This document shows, one piece after another, positions 1 through 9,567 of a stretch of 64,000 nucleotides of DNA. The position numbers were made by a program, and so were the translations under genes. Below the pieces are notes generated by a model. That model was not told the DNA's origin and did not search any database. It was given only the letters and a program-made list of their open reading frames with translations. The DNA is from an uncultured delta proteobacterium. GTDB lineage: Bacteria > Desulfobacterota > Binatia > UBA9968. Location of the stretch: NCBI GenBank assembly GCA_963737905.1, contig CAVTUQ010000027.1, positions 32,001 through 96,000 of the forward strand, read 5' to 3'. Numbering within the stretch: the stretch's first letter is position 1; every line of letters begins with the position of its first letter.

Positions 1-55
1 TGTATAAAAAAGAGATTGGCGCAATTTACCGGCCCGGGGTAGAAACATAAGCGGT

Positions 56-796
56 ATGGACCAGGTAGCGTTAATCACGGGAGGGGGAGGCGGCATTGGC
101 GGCGCCGTAGCTCGGAGAATGGCGGCCGCCGGGATCACGGTTGTTGTCGCCGATTATGACCACGACGCTGCCGAAAAAGTTCGCGGAGAGATCGCCTCAG
201 CCGGTGGGAAGGCGGAGGCGCTTTCGGTAGACGTCACGCAGGCACGCGAGGTCAAAGCGGTGGTGACCGACGTCGAGAAACGATTTGGCCGCATCGATAT
301 CCTGGCGAATATCGCCGGCGGGAGCTTCTATACCAAGCGCATCGAGGAATTTACGTGGGCGGAATGGAAGGAAGTCATTGACGTGAATTTAAAAGGCACG
401 TTTCTCATGTGTCGCGAGGCGGCCCCCGTCATGCAGAAGCAAAAGAGCGGGCGCATTCTCAATACCGCGTCGAACTACGGGGTGACAGGATCGGCGCTGC
501 GCACGCCGTATTCGGCGGCGAAAGCGGGCATCATCGCCTTTACAAAAACGCTCGCGCAGGAGCTTGCCCCGGACGGGATTCTGGTCAACACCGTCGCGCC
601 CGGTCCGACGGATACGCCGCGAGTGATGGGCAAAGAATCTCCCGAGGCTCGCAAGCAGCGGTGGTCGCATATCCCAATGGGCCGAACGGGACAGCCGGAA
701 GATCTTGCTGAAGCCTTCTACTTTCTCACGACCCCGGAAAGCAATTGGATCACGGGCCAGACCTTTCATGTGAACGGAGGCCTGGTGACGCCATGA
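56..796 (+). CDS. SDR family NAD(P)-dependent oxidoreductase (FabG-like)
   Basis: TGGGGGIG Rossmann motif, YSAAK catalytic motif, C-terminal ITGQTFHVNGG. Confidence 0.92.
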   Translation: MDQVALITGGGGGIGGAVARRMAAAGITVVVADYDHDAAEKVRGEIASAGGKAEALSVDVTQAREVKAVVTDVEKRFGRIDILANIAGGSFYTKRIEEFTWAEWKEVIDVNLKGTFLMCREAAPVMQKQKSGRILNTASNYGVTGSALRTPYSAAKAGIIAFTKTLAQELAPDGILVNTVAPGPTDTPRVMGKESPEARKQRWSHIPMGRTGQPEDLAEAFYFLTTPESNWITGQTFHVNGGLVTP

Positions 797-1539
797 GACT
801 CAAAGGGAAAGTCGCTGTCGTAACGGGTGGCGCGCAGGGAATCGGCCGCGCCATCGCCCTCGGCTTCGGTCGCGAGGGAGCCAAAATTGTGATTGCCGAC
901 CTCCAGGCGGACAAGGCCAAAAGCGTTGCCGACGAGCTTCATGCATTGGGTACGGAGGGCCATCCCGTGGAGGTGAATGTTGCCAACGAGTCCTCGGTAA
1001 AACGGCTGGCGAGCGCAGCATTCGACCGTTTTGGTAGAGTGGACATTCTTGTCAACGACGCGGGGGTGTATCTCAAATCTCTTGTCGTCGAGATGAGCGA
1101 AGAACTGTGGGACCGCACCCTCAACGTCAACCTGGGAGGCAATTTTCTATGCTCGCGGGCTTTTATCCCGTCCATGCGGAAACAAAAGAGCGGGCGGATC
1201 ATCAGCATCGCCTCGGGCATTGCGCATTACGGAGCAAAAGAATTCGCTCCTTACGCCGCGTCGAAGGCGGCGATTATCGGCTTCGTCAAGGCCCTCGCCC
1301 GCGAAGTGGGCGAGGACGGTATCACCGTGAACGCCATCTGTCCGGGCGCTGCGAATACCGCAATGCCGCGCACTCACCGGACCGAAGAGGAGTTAATGGC
1401 GCGGCTCCGCTCCAACCCGCTGGGTCATGTTCTTGAGCCGGAGGATTTCGTTGGCCCGATTCTGTTTCTCGCCAGCGACGCGGCTTCCTACATCACCGGC
1501 CAGTCGATTAACGTCAACTGCGGCAGCTATATGATTTAA
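793..1539 (+). CDS. SDR family oxidoreductase
   Basis: ATG 793 overlaps upstream stop (ATGA); TGGAQGIG, VNDAG and YAASK motifs. Confidence 0.92.
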   Translation: MRLKGKVAVVTGGAQGIGRAIALGFGREGAKIVIADLQADKAKSVADELHALGTEGHPVEVNVANESSVKRLASAAFDRFGRVDILVNDAGVYLKSLVVEMSEELWDRTLNVNLGGNFLCSRAFIPSMRKQKSGRIISIASGIAHYGAKEFAPYAASKAAIIGFVKALAREVGEDGITVNAICPGAANTAMPRTHRTEEELMARLRSNPLGHVLEPEDFVGPILFLASDAASYITGQSINVNCGSYMI

Positions 1540-1579
1540 GAGACGTCGGGCTTTCGTGTGGGTAATTGCGACAACGTTA

Positions 1580-1740
1580 TTCCAGTTCGTGGTGAAGAAG
1601 GACTCGGAGTTTGCACCGCGGAGGCGCTGAGGGCACAGAGTAGGAAAAATTCGAATTGTGAAATTCGAATTGCGAAATTTTACTCTGCGAACTCCGCGTC
1701 TCTGCGGTGAATATTTCTTCACGGCAAACCCGGAAGAACC
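1580..1740. repeat. Long imperfect inverted repeat (REP/MITE-like) with internal tandem repeats
   Basis: caccgcggaggcgctgagggcacagagta (1614-1642) pairs imperfectly with tactctgcgaactccgcgtctctgcggtg (1681-1709); gtgaagaa 1592 pairs with ttcttcac 1715; the loop holds aaattcgaattg(t/c)g twice. Confidence 0.75.
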
Positions 1741-1813
1741 TGATTTAATAATCAGAGACCGAAAGAACGGAGTTTATCATCGGCAAAGATCGGCGATTCG
1801 AATCGAGGAGGGG

Positions 1814-2380
1814 ATGACGATGAGGGCTAAGAAATCCGCATTCGGTTTTGAGGAATGCGCGGATCTAATCAGCGATCAGAGGTACGGTTATGCGCTGCAA
1901 ACTTTCAAGCAGGCCGTGGGCAGGCTTGTCGAATCAAAAAGCTTCCCCAAGCGAAGCGAAGTCGCCCGGCAGTTACTTGAGGTTGCAACGGCGTTGGAGG
2001 AAAGCCTCAAGAAGGCTTACGGTGATGGATGGGACGCCGATATTCCTAAATTTGTTGAAGAGTCCCAACTATCTTCCTGTTCCTTTTGCGGCAAGGAACA
2101 GCACGAAGTAAAAAAGCTCATCGCCGGTCTTGCTGTTTTCATCTGTGATGAGTGCGTAGAGCTTTGTCGCGGTATCCTCGCTGAGGAGCATGAACGTGAT
2201 GTGAACGGTGTCGCAGGCTCCACGGTATCCAATGGAAACCCCAAAGCGGAGCGTCTCTGCGGCATCTGTATGGAGCCCCGCGAAACCGACGAATTAGTCT
2301 TCTTGCCCCACGCCGCCTACCTCTGCGCGACATGCCTGGACGAAATTCAAACCGTTAGAGATAAGCAAACCGGAAAATAG
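1814..2380 (+). CDS. ClpX C4-type zinc-finger domain protein with a second C4 motif
   Basis: [27 protein letters not shown] plus CGIC..YLCATC; SD gaggag at 1805 (start 1814 or 1820). Confidence 0.75.
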   Translation: MTMRAKKSAFGFEECADLISDQRYGYALQTFKQAVGRLVESKSFPKRSEVARQLLEVATALEESLKKAYGDGWDADIPKFVEESQLSSCSFCGKEQHEVKKLIAGLAVFICDECVELCRGILAEEHERDVNGVAGSTVSNGNPKAERLCGICMEPRETDELVFLPHAAYLCATCLDEIQTVRDKQTGK

Positions 2381-2456
2381 GTGCGCACCGGATGCCGTGA
2401 CACAAACCTCTGTCTGTGAAGTTTAAATCAGCGCTAATACGAGACCAAAGCCTTCG

Positions 2457-2675
2457 TCAGTCCGCGGGGTATAGCTTCTTCCCCGTACCCTCTTCTTCGA
2501 GGCTGATCGCTTTGGTCGGGCAGATTTTGGCAGCGAGGAGTATTTTTTCATCGCTGTCGCCCTTGGGATCGATCACTTCGGCGATCATTTTTGCGTCCAG
2601 CTTGAACACCTTGGGCGTAGCCTGAATGCACTTGGCGTAACCTTCGCACTTGGTTCGGTCCACGGTGATTTTCAT
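2457..2675 (-). CDS. Single-cluster ferredoxin (probably 3Fe-4S)
   Basis: VDRTKCEGYAKC...AAKICPTKAI; Tyr replaces the second Cys. Confidence 0.85.
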   Translation of the reverse strand: MKITVDRTKCEGYAKCIQATPKVFKLDAKMIAEVIDPKGDSDEKILLAAKICPTKAISLEEEGTGKKLYPAD

Positions 2676-2706
2676 CTTGCCTCCTGGTATTGAGTTCGAA
2701 ATCCCT

Positions 2707-3883
2707 CTATCGCTCGCTCAAGCCGTAGAGCTTTGCTGTGTTTGCGCGATTGATCTTTAGCTTGATCGCCGGATCGATGCCCGCGCAGTTGCGATCGACC
2801 GTTTCTTTGGAGTAGGGCCATGTGGTGACGCCATGCGGGTAGTCGCTGGCCCAAAGGAAATTTTCCGCGCCGTACACGGGCGTCGTAAGCACGCCGGCGC
2901 GATCGTCTTGATACGTAAAGAAAATATTATTCTTGAAGTATTCACTGGGCGGCAGCTTGTTGATGTTCCGGTCGGCGTCGAAAGTGCTCTGGCGACCAAA
3001 CCAGTAATCGACCTGCTGCACCAGGTTGGCGACCCAACCGATGTCGAACTCCGCGCAGACAACTTTTAGTTTTCGGGTGCCGGTCGAAGACGCCGGATAG
3101 AATAAGATTACCGAGAAACTGCTGGGCGGGCGCCTGCTTGCTGGCGAAGCCAAGGCTTTGCTTCTTGGGCTCTACCGGCCGCGGTCCCTCATAGTGAGTG
3201 CGTGCGACCCCCTGGGTGGCGCTGGTGTGCACGTTTACGACCATCCCGGTTTCCTCTAAAGCCGCCCACATAGGCTCATACTTCGGCTCGTAATAGCCGC
3301 TGTCTTTGATGCGCGTCGGAATCTGCACGCCGCGAAATCCCAGTTTGGCGTAGCGGAAAATATCTGCGACCGTATGGCCAATATCGAGGATTGATATCGT
3401 GGCCAGGCCGATCAGTCTCTTGGGATTGTAGCTGCAGAATTCGTGCAACCACTCATTGTATGAATTGAAAATGGCGCGTTGAAACGGTTCTTCGATGATG
3501 CTGTACAGCTGCCGCGTGGGGCTGGAGAAAAGCACCTCGGCCTCGATGCCGTCGATATCCTGGTCCTTCAGTCGTGCTGCCGGATCCCAACCGCCGGGAT
3601 AATCTTCGTAGCGGAATTGCTCGTTAAATCGAATGGTCTCGAAGTGCTTCTCCTGTTCGACCTCGGAGATACCTTTGTCTTTGCCTACTATTTGGCCCTT
3701 CGAATAGTGGGACAAACCGACGGGTGGGATGCCTTCGATGAGCAGCCAGATACCTCCGGGGACGCCGGTTGGGTCCTTCACGACTTTGGGTGCCCGCTCG
3801 CCGTATTCCTTTTGCACCCGCTCCCATGCCGCGGGAGGCTCGTTGACGTGACTATCTGCGGAGATGAGTTTGAATTCCGGCAT
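2707..3883 (-). CDS. Amidohydrolase family protein (amidohydro_2), one frameshift near 3070
   Basis: ISADSH, VHT and FDRHP continue as LKVVCAEFDIGW..WASDYPH in the other frame; extra T in a homopolymer at 3070-3073. Confidence 0.85.
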
Positions 3884-4068
3884 CGGCTTTCCAGTAGTAC
3901 GTTATGCAGTTCGAGTGAGCGTCGGCTCTTCGGCAAACGATATGGGACCCGCGGCGGAGTTGTCAAGTTGCACGTAGGAGAAATGATTGTCCCGCAAAAT
4001 CTTGTTGACATAGGCAACACCGCAGTGGTTATCTCTGGCCAAGCGAAATAGGCACAGAGGAGTCTTAT

Positions 4069-5121
4069 ATGGCGCCGCGATCAACGATGTGGCGAGTGGT
4101 CCGCAGGTTTATCTGCTTATTGCTATGGGTTGTGCTTTGGTTTTGGCCCCCGCTTGCCATCGGGGGTTCTCCGGATCGCGAGCAGGTTTTCGAGGGAGCA
4201 AGAAAAGAAGGAAAATTGGTTTTATACACCGGAATGGATGTGGAAGAGGCGAATCAATATACCAAGGAATTTACCAAGAAGTATCCTTTTATTAAGACCG
4301 AGGTATTTCGTGCCAGTGGCGAGAAAGTGCAAGCCAGGTTCCTGGTCGAACATCGGGCCAACGTCCACAACGCCGATATTTTTCAAGCCAGCATCGTCCA
4401 AGTTTATCAACTGAAAAACGCGGGCTTGCTGGCAAAATATATCTCCGAACAGAGTGCTGCTTACCCGGAGGGCTTCAAAGACCCGCTGGGACACTGGACG
4501 GCTTTTTATCTGATTCCTTACGTGATCGGCTACAACACGAAGCTGGTCTCGCCCAAAGACGCGCCGAACCGTTATGAAGATCTCTTAAATCCCAAGTGGA
4601 AAGGCCAGATCGGCTTGGAGACCGAAGAGTATCAGTGGTTTTATCATCTGGTTCAGATTCTGGGCAAAGAGAAGGGTCTCGACTATATGAGACGGCTCGC
4701 CGGGCAAGACCTGCAAATGCGCAAAGGCCATACGCTTCTCGCACAGCTCGTGGCCGCGGGTGAAACGCCGATCGCGGTGGTCGTTTACTCCAATCGGGTG
4801 GAGCGAATGAAGAGCAGCGGCGCGCCGATTGATTGGGTGAGGTTCAAAGGGCCGACGATTACCGCCATCAACGCGATTTCGATTCCGGAAAAGGCTCCTC
4901 ATCCAAATGCGGCAAAGCTTTTCGTCGATTTTGTCTTGTCGAGGGATGGGCAGAATCTCCTGAGAGGGCTACGGAGAATTCCCGCCCGGCCCGATGTTTT
5001 GCCGGATCCGCCGAGCCTCACGAAGGGACTGAACTTATACGCGGCACGGCCCGAAGGCATGATCGAGAACTACAACGATACTGTGGCGCGCTTCGACGAG
5101 ATCTTCAATAAGACGAAGTGA
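4069..5121 (+). CDS. ABC transporter extracellular solute-binding protein (Fe3+/polyamine-type)
   Basis: Signal peptide, YNTKLV..APNRYEDLLNPKWKG, APHPNAAKLF. Confidence 0.88.
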   Translation: MAPRSTMWRVVRRFICLLLWVVLWFWPPLAIGGSPDREQVFEGARKEGKLVLYTGMDVEEANQYTKEFTKKYPFIKTEVFRASGEKVQARFLVEHRANVHNADIFQASIVQVYQLKNAGLLAKYISEQSAAYPEGFKDPLGHWTAFYLIPYVIGYNTKLVSPKDAPNRYEDLLNPKWKGQIGLETEEYQWFYHLVQILGKEKGLDYMRRLAGQDLQMRKGHTLLAQLVAAGETPIAVVVYSNRVERMKSSGAPIDWVRFKGPTITAINAISIPEKAPHPNAAKLFVDFVLSRDGQNLLRGLRRIPARPDVLPDPPSLTKGLNLYAARPEGMIENYNDTVARFDEIFNKTK

Positions 5122-5171
5122 CTTTGCCTCAGATATCCGGATGAGGATCCGCCAAGAGATTCTTGCCGCCT

Positions 5172-6197
5172 CTACTTGAGAATTTCCTTCAGCTTGACGA
5201 TCAGGTTTGGGTCGAGCTTGAAGATGTTTTTGACGTTTTGCTCCAGCTCCGCGCCATCGTCAGGATTGATATCCAGATTGGCCTTTTTCGCCTCGGCCAA
5301 TAACGCCGGATCTTTCATCGTGTCCGTGAACGCCTTGCGGAGGATCTCGACGCGATCTTTTGGCGTGCCCGGGGGAACAACATAGGGGCGCACCGAGGCG
5401 CCGTGAACCCGGGCTACGGTTTCGATGAGCTTTTTGGCTTCATCGGTCTTCGCAAAGCTGATCGCCAAAGCAACCTTAGCCAATTCGGGGTGGGGTTTGC
5501 TGTCGGTCTGCAGGACGGGGATCAAGTCGCCGCTTTCCAATTCTCTCTTCCAAGTCGACTTGGTCGACTCCCAGGAATTGCTGAGCCCGGCGACCTCACC
5601 GCTGTTGAAAGCCAGGCGGACATCAGCGGTGCCTTTGTAGCCCGAAACCATCTGGATCGGCAGATTAATCGTTGCCTTGAGAATGTTCGGAAAATCGTCC
5701 GTTCCGGAACCCGTTGCCACCCCGCCGAACTTGACGACCTGCTTGGATGCGATCCATTTTCCCGGGTCGGTGATACCGGTGGATTTGGCTACCCCGAGGA
5801 TAAAATGGTCTTGCGCCGGGACGCCGATGTACTCGAATTTGAGAGAGTCGAACTCGATACCTGCCTTGCCCAGAAGCTGCTGCAGGAAGAGGCCACCGAT
5901 AAAGTGGCCGATGGTGAGCCCGTCCGGCTTAGCGACCTTGTAAACGTAATTGGCTGAGATCATACTCCCGGCTCCAGCCATATTGTCGACGACAAAGACG
6001 GGATTGCCGGGAACATGTTTGCCCATATGGCGGCCGATCAGGCGCGTATAAGTGTCGTAACCACCGCCCGCCGAGAAGCCCACGATGAAACGGATTGTCT
6101 TGCCCTCATAAAAATTTGTTTGTGCGAGGACCTGTTGAGCACTGTTGATTAGAAGAAGACCAAGAAGAATCACTATCAATTTAGCTCCACTTTTCAT
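5172..6197 (-). CDS. Bug/TctC tripartite tricarboxylate transporter receptor
   Basis: YEGKTIRFIVGFSAGGGYD, NMAGAGS, KPDGLT, PPGTPKDRV. Confidence 0.9.
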   Translation of the reverse strand: MKSGAKLIVILLGLLLINSAQQVLAQTNFYEGKTIRFIVGFSAGGGYDTYTRLIGRHMGKHVPGNPVFVVDNMAGAGSMISANYVYKVAKPDGLTIGHFIGGLFLQQLLGKAGIEFDSLKFEYIGVPAQDHFILGVAKSTGITDPGKWIASKQVVKFGGVATGSGTDDFPNILKATINLPIQMVSGYKGTADVRLAFNSGEVAGLSNSWESTKSTWKRELESGDLIPVLQTDSKPHPELAKVALAISFAKTDEAKKLIETVARVHGASVRPYVVPPGTPKDRVEILRKAFTDTMKDPALLAEAKKANLDINPDDGAELEQNVKNIFKLDPNLIVKLKEILK

Positions 6198-6485
6198 GAT
6201 TTTCCTTTCTGGAGACGCTAGGTTGCCGGGAATATACTTGAAAGTTTAAGTTTCTTGGCCTAGAAGATTCTGCTCGCAAGAAGGACGCACCAAGATTGCG
6301 ATCGATACAATGGACAAGGACCTGTGAAACGTTGTTCATTCCCTCCTTGCGGAGACAATTGCCGGAAAGATCTCATAGGCAATCGCGGCGCTCATGTCAA
6401 GTTAGATCTTCTGCATATAGTTGACACCCAGGCGGAGCCGCAGTAGATATTGAGCCATAATACGGTGAGTTAGAGGAGAAGGATC

Positions 6486-7337
6486 ATGATCAAGCCGATT
6501 GCGTTGTCCGCGACTCACATGGAGTGCCAGAGCTTGAAAGAGAGCGTGCCGGTGCTCACGGATCTCTTGGCTTTGGAGAAGCTCGCGGAGAAACCGGGGG
6601 AGGTGAAACTTAAACACCCCAATACCGACTGGGTGCTGTATGTGCACGAGACGGGCGGCGAAGCGCCGCCCAAGCAGATGCACAATCACTGGGGCGTCCG
6701 GGTGGCGACGACGGGAGAGGTTGATGCGGCTTACGAATATCTCAAAGCTAATAAGGAAAAATACGGGATCAAACAGATTGCCCAGCCCCTATTTAACCAC
6801 GGTTCTTACTCGCTCTATTTCCTCGAGCCGGGAACCAACGGTTGGGAAATCGAGTGTTACGAGTCGGCGCTGCGCAAAGAGTCCATGGCTCGGAAAGCCG
6901 GCGGTGTCTACGCGCCGCATTGGACCACGCCCTATCCGGCGGAGCGATTTCCCGGTCGCGGGTACGTTCCCCAGGCTTTTACCCACGGAACATTGGCATG
7001 CGAGGATATGGAAGCGTCGCGAAAGTTCTACACGGATACCCTCGGGCTGGAAACCCACCAAGCCAATCCAAACGTCTTCTACATCAAGCATCCAAATACG
7101 AAGTGTTACGTGGTTTGCGCAAGACGGCAGGATTTCAAACGGTTCTCACCCAACTTTCGCTTCACGATCACGGTGGGTTCTCAGGATGAAGTAGCGACGG
7201 CGCATGACTGGCTGAAAGCCTCGGTAAAAGAGCGCGGCGTTAGCGAGCTGGCCGACGTGCAAACCAGCGCGTCCGCAACTTCTTTTTTGCTGGCTGATCC
7301 CGACAACAATTGGTGGGAAGTTACCTCGCCGAACTGA
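6486..7337 (+). CDS. VOC/glyoxalase family protein (two domains)
   Basis: SLYFLEPGTNGWEIE and SFLLADPDNNWWEV VOC motifs; SD upstream. Confidence 0.82.
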   Translation: MIKPIALSATHMECQSLKESVPVLTDLLALEKLAEKPGEVKLKHPNTDWVLYVHETGGEAPPKQMHNHWGVRVATTGEVDAAYEYLKANKEKYGIKQIAQPLFNHGSYSLYFLEPGTNGWEIECYESALRKESMARKAGGVYAPHWTTPYPAERFPGRGYVPQAFTHGTLACEDMEASRKFYTDTLGLETHQANPNVFYIKHPNTKCYVVCARRQDFKRFSPNFRFTITVGSQDEVATAHDWLKASVKERGVSELADVQTSASATSFLLADPDNNWWEVTSPN

Positions 7338-7344
7338 AATTTTT

Positions 7345-8355
7345 ATGACGGAAAAACCACTGGAACAGATGGGGCTTCGAGAACTGCGGGCGATCGCACG
7401 CCGGCAGATGCCGGCCGAGGCGTGGCACCACTTCAACGGCGCGGCGGAGACCAAGGCGACGTTTCACAGAAATCCGCGATCTTTTCAAAGATATCTCTTC
7501 CGGCAGCGAGTGTTCCACGACATCGCCGATCCGGATATCACCACCGAGCTCTTCGGCTACAAGCTGCCTATCCCGGCTGCCGTCGCGCCGGTGGGAAGTT
7601 TCAGCCTGATCGGCGATCAGAAGGAACGGGAAGTGGCCGAGGGCGCAGGTCGCGTCGGGGCGATGGTGTTTTGCAGTCAGGCAGCCAAATTCAATCCGAA
7701 GAATTGGCGCGACGCAACGAAGTCGCCGCTGGTTTTTATGGCCTATATGAACCGTGGGCGAGAAGAGGTTTCTGCCTATGCAAAGCTCTCCCAAGACTTG
7801 GGCTTTGCTGCGGTCGGCATAACCATGGACACGGTGCGGCCGGTAAAGATCGGCGATGAGGTTCCGCTCTCAACCAAAGACGGTAAACCCCGGCGAGGCC
7901 ACGCCGCGTCGCCGAAGGACATCGAGTGGATGAAGCAACAAGTTTCGTTGCCGGTGGTGATTAAAGGAATGATGAGCGCTGAGGACGCTCGCACGGCCGT
8001 CAATGCCGGTGCCGATGCCGTATTGGTCTCCAATCACGGCGGGAGGATTCTCGATTTCAATCGTGCCGCTCTGGAAGCCCTTCCTGAGGTCGTCGATGCC
8101 GTGGGCGCCAAGGTCCCGGTGCTGCTGGACAGCGGCATACGCAGCGGCGGCGACATCGTCAAAGCTCTGGCCTTGGGCGCGAAGGCCGTGCTTGCGGGCC
8201 GCCCGGTTGCGTGGGGCGTCAGCGCCTTCGGTCCCCGCGGCGTCGAGCGCGTGTTTGCCATTTTCAGTGAAGAGATGAAACGGGTACTCTGTATGACCGG
8301 TGTGCCGAACGTCGGCGCCATCACCCAATCGATTTTGATTCGGGACGAAAATTAA
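7345..8355 (+). CDS. FMN-dependent alpha-hydroxy acid oxidase family protein
   Basis: VSNHGGR, LDSGIRSGGDIVKALALGA. Confidence 0.9.
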   Translation: MTEKPLEQMGLRELRAIARRQMPAEAWHHFNGAAETKATFHRNPRSFQRYLFRQRVFHDIADPDITTELFGYKLPIPAAVAPVGSFSLIGDQKEREVAEGAGRVGAMVFCSQAAKFNPKNWRDATKSPLVFMAYMNRGREEVSAYAKLSQDLGFAAVGITMDTVRPVKIGDEVPLSTKDGKPRRGHAASPKDIEWMKQQVSLPVVIKGMMSAEDARTAVNAGADAVLVSNHGGRILDFNRAALEALPEVVDAVGAKVPVLLDSGIRSGGDIVKALALGAKAVLAGRPVAWGVSAFGPRGVERVFAIFSEEMKRVLCMTGVPNVGAITQSILIRDEN

Positions 8356-8359
8356 CAGC

Positions 8360-8385
8360 AGGGGCGACCGGCCGGTCGCCCCTAC
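8360..8385. repeat. Perfect 24-bp palindrome, GTAG-type REP or bidirectional terminator
   Basis: aggggcgaccggccggtcgcccct followed by ac (GTAG on the minus strand), between convergent genes. Confidence 0.75.
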
Positions 8386-8387
8386 GC

Positions 8388-8768
8388 TTACATGAGAGCC
8401 ACCAAATCGATCTCGATCAGAGCGCCCCGAGGCAGTTCAGCAACCGCGACTGTGGAGCGTGCCGGCTTGGCGCCGCCGAGATATTGAGCGTAGACATCGT
8501 TCATCGGTGCGAAGTCTGCCATATTCTTTAGAAACACGGTCGCTTTGACGACGCGGTCGAGGGATGATCCTGCGGCTTCCAAGACGGCCTTGAGATTCTC
8601 CAGCACCTGTCGGGTTTGGGCGGCAATGCCGCCCTCGACGAAGTTGCCGGTTTTCGGGTCGATGGGTATCTGTCCCGCCGTGTAGACGAAGCCGTTGGCT
8701 TTGATGGCCTGTTGATACGGCCCGATGGCTTTCGGTGCGCTATCGGTTTGCACTGGCTCTCTGTTCAT
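8388..8768 (-). CDS. ridA: RidA family enamine deaminase
   Basis: [28 protein letters not shown]. Confidence 0.92.
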   Translation of the reverse strand: MNREPVQTDSAPKAIGPYQQAIKANGFVYTAGQIPIDPKTGNFVEGGIAAQTRQVLENLKAVLEAAGSSLDRVVKATVFLKNMADFAPMNDVYAQYLGGAKPARSTVAVAELPRGALIEIDLVALM

Positions 8769-8901
8769 CTTGTAATCTCCTTAGTTGATAGAATCTGTTC
8801 GCGCGGATTCTACATCACGAGTCCAGGACTCACAACGTATCCTAAGTTTCTTGCGCTGAAAGGTTTGTCTATGATTGACTAACAGCATAGACAAATTACT
8901 T

Positions 8902-9093
8902 ATGAAACTGTTAACCGCGCACAAGATTTTGATATCCACGGCCACGATCTTTTTTTTCTTCTTTGGACTGTGGGAACTGCGGAACTATTTCGATACCGGG
9001 GAGGCGTGGGCAGTGTTTCGGGCTGCGCTCTATCTATTGGTTGCGGTGGGATTCGGGGTCTATTTTAAAAAACTGGATCGGCTGTACAAATAA
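8902..9093 (+). CDS. Small two-helix membrane protein, hypothetical
   Basis: Two hydrophobic segments; 12 bp upstream of the HNH gene. Confidence 0.6.
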   Translation: MKLLTAHKILISTATIFFFFFGLWELRNYFDTGEAWAVFRAALYLLVAVGFGVYFKKLDRLYK

Positions 9094-9105
9094 GCGAAGC
9101 CGAAA

Positions 9106-9378
9106 ATGGAATCCATCCCTTTTCTCGTAGAAGTTAGCGAGGAGGAAGTTCGCCGGGAGCGGCGAAAGGCGCGGGAGCTGCGCGCCAGCCAATGGTGGAA
9201 GCGCAAGCTTGCTATCGGCACATGCCATCACTGCGGCGGAAAATTTCCGCCACGGGAGTTGTCGATGGACCACCTGGTTCCGATCATTCGCGGTGGCAAG
9301 TCGACAAAAGGAAATCTAGTGCCGAGCTGCAAGAAATGCAATTCGGAGCGAAAATATCGACTGCCGTTCGAAAAGTGA
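9106..9378 (+). CDS. Small HNH endonuclease
   Basis: CHHC..MDHLVPIIRGGKSTKGNLVPSCKKCN. Confidence 0.88.
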   Translation: MESIPFLVEVSEEEVRRERRKARELRASQWWKRKLAIGTCHHCGGKFPPRELSMDHLVPIIRGGKSTKGNLVPSCKKCNSERKYRLPFEK

Positions 9379-9382
9379 AGCT

Positions 9383-9421
9383 GTTCAAGTCGTTCAATAC
9401 GTTCAAACAGTTCAAAACGTT
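9383..9421. repeat. Short tandem repeat GTTCAAnnn x4
   Basis: gttcaa at 9383, 9392, 9401 and 9410. Confidence 0.8.
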
Positions 9422-9478
9422 GGAAAACGGCACCAAAATGGAGGCGTGGCGCGATGCAATAATGTGTTTAAGACCCAA

Positions 9479-9507
9479 TACTCCATACTCCGCTACTCCA
9501 TATTCCC
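9479..9507. repeat. Short tandem repeat TACTCC x4
   Basis: tactcc or tattcc at 9479, 9486, 9494 and 9501. Confidence 0.65.
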
Positions 9508-9567
9508 AGAGCAGCTATTGCCCCAGGCTCGTCGTTTGAAATAATATCGTTATGTCAGGAGGTGGCC

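Noticed and set aside
1658-1813. N-terminal extension of the zinc-finger ORF
   Set aside because: Translates the intergenic inverted repeat; the SD supports a start at 1814 or 1820
7345-8355. Mycofactocin MftD cluster
   Set aside because: No MftA precursor (IDGMCGVY), MftB or radical SAM MftC in the window
9106-9378. HNH as a mobile homing endonuclease
   Set aside because: No intron, intein or phage context; too small and free-standing
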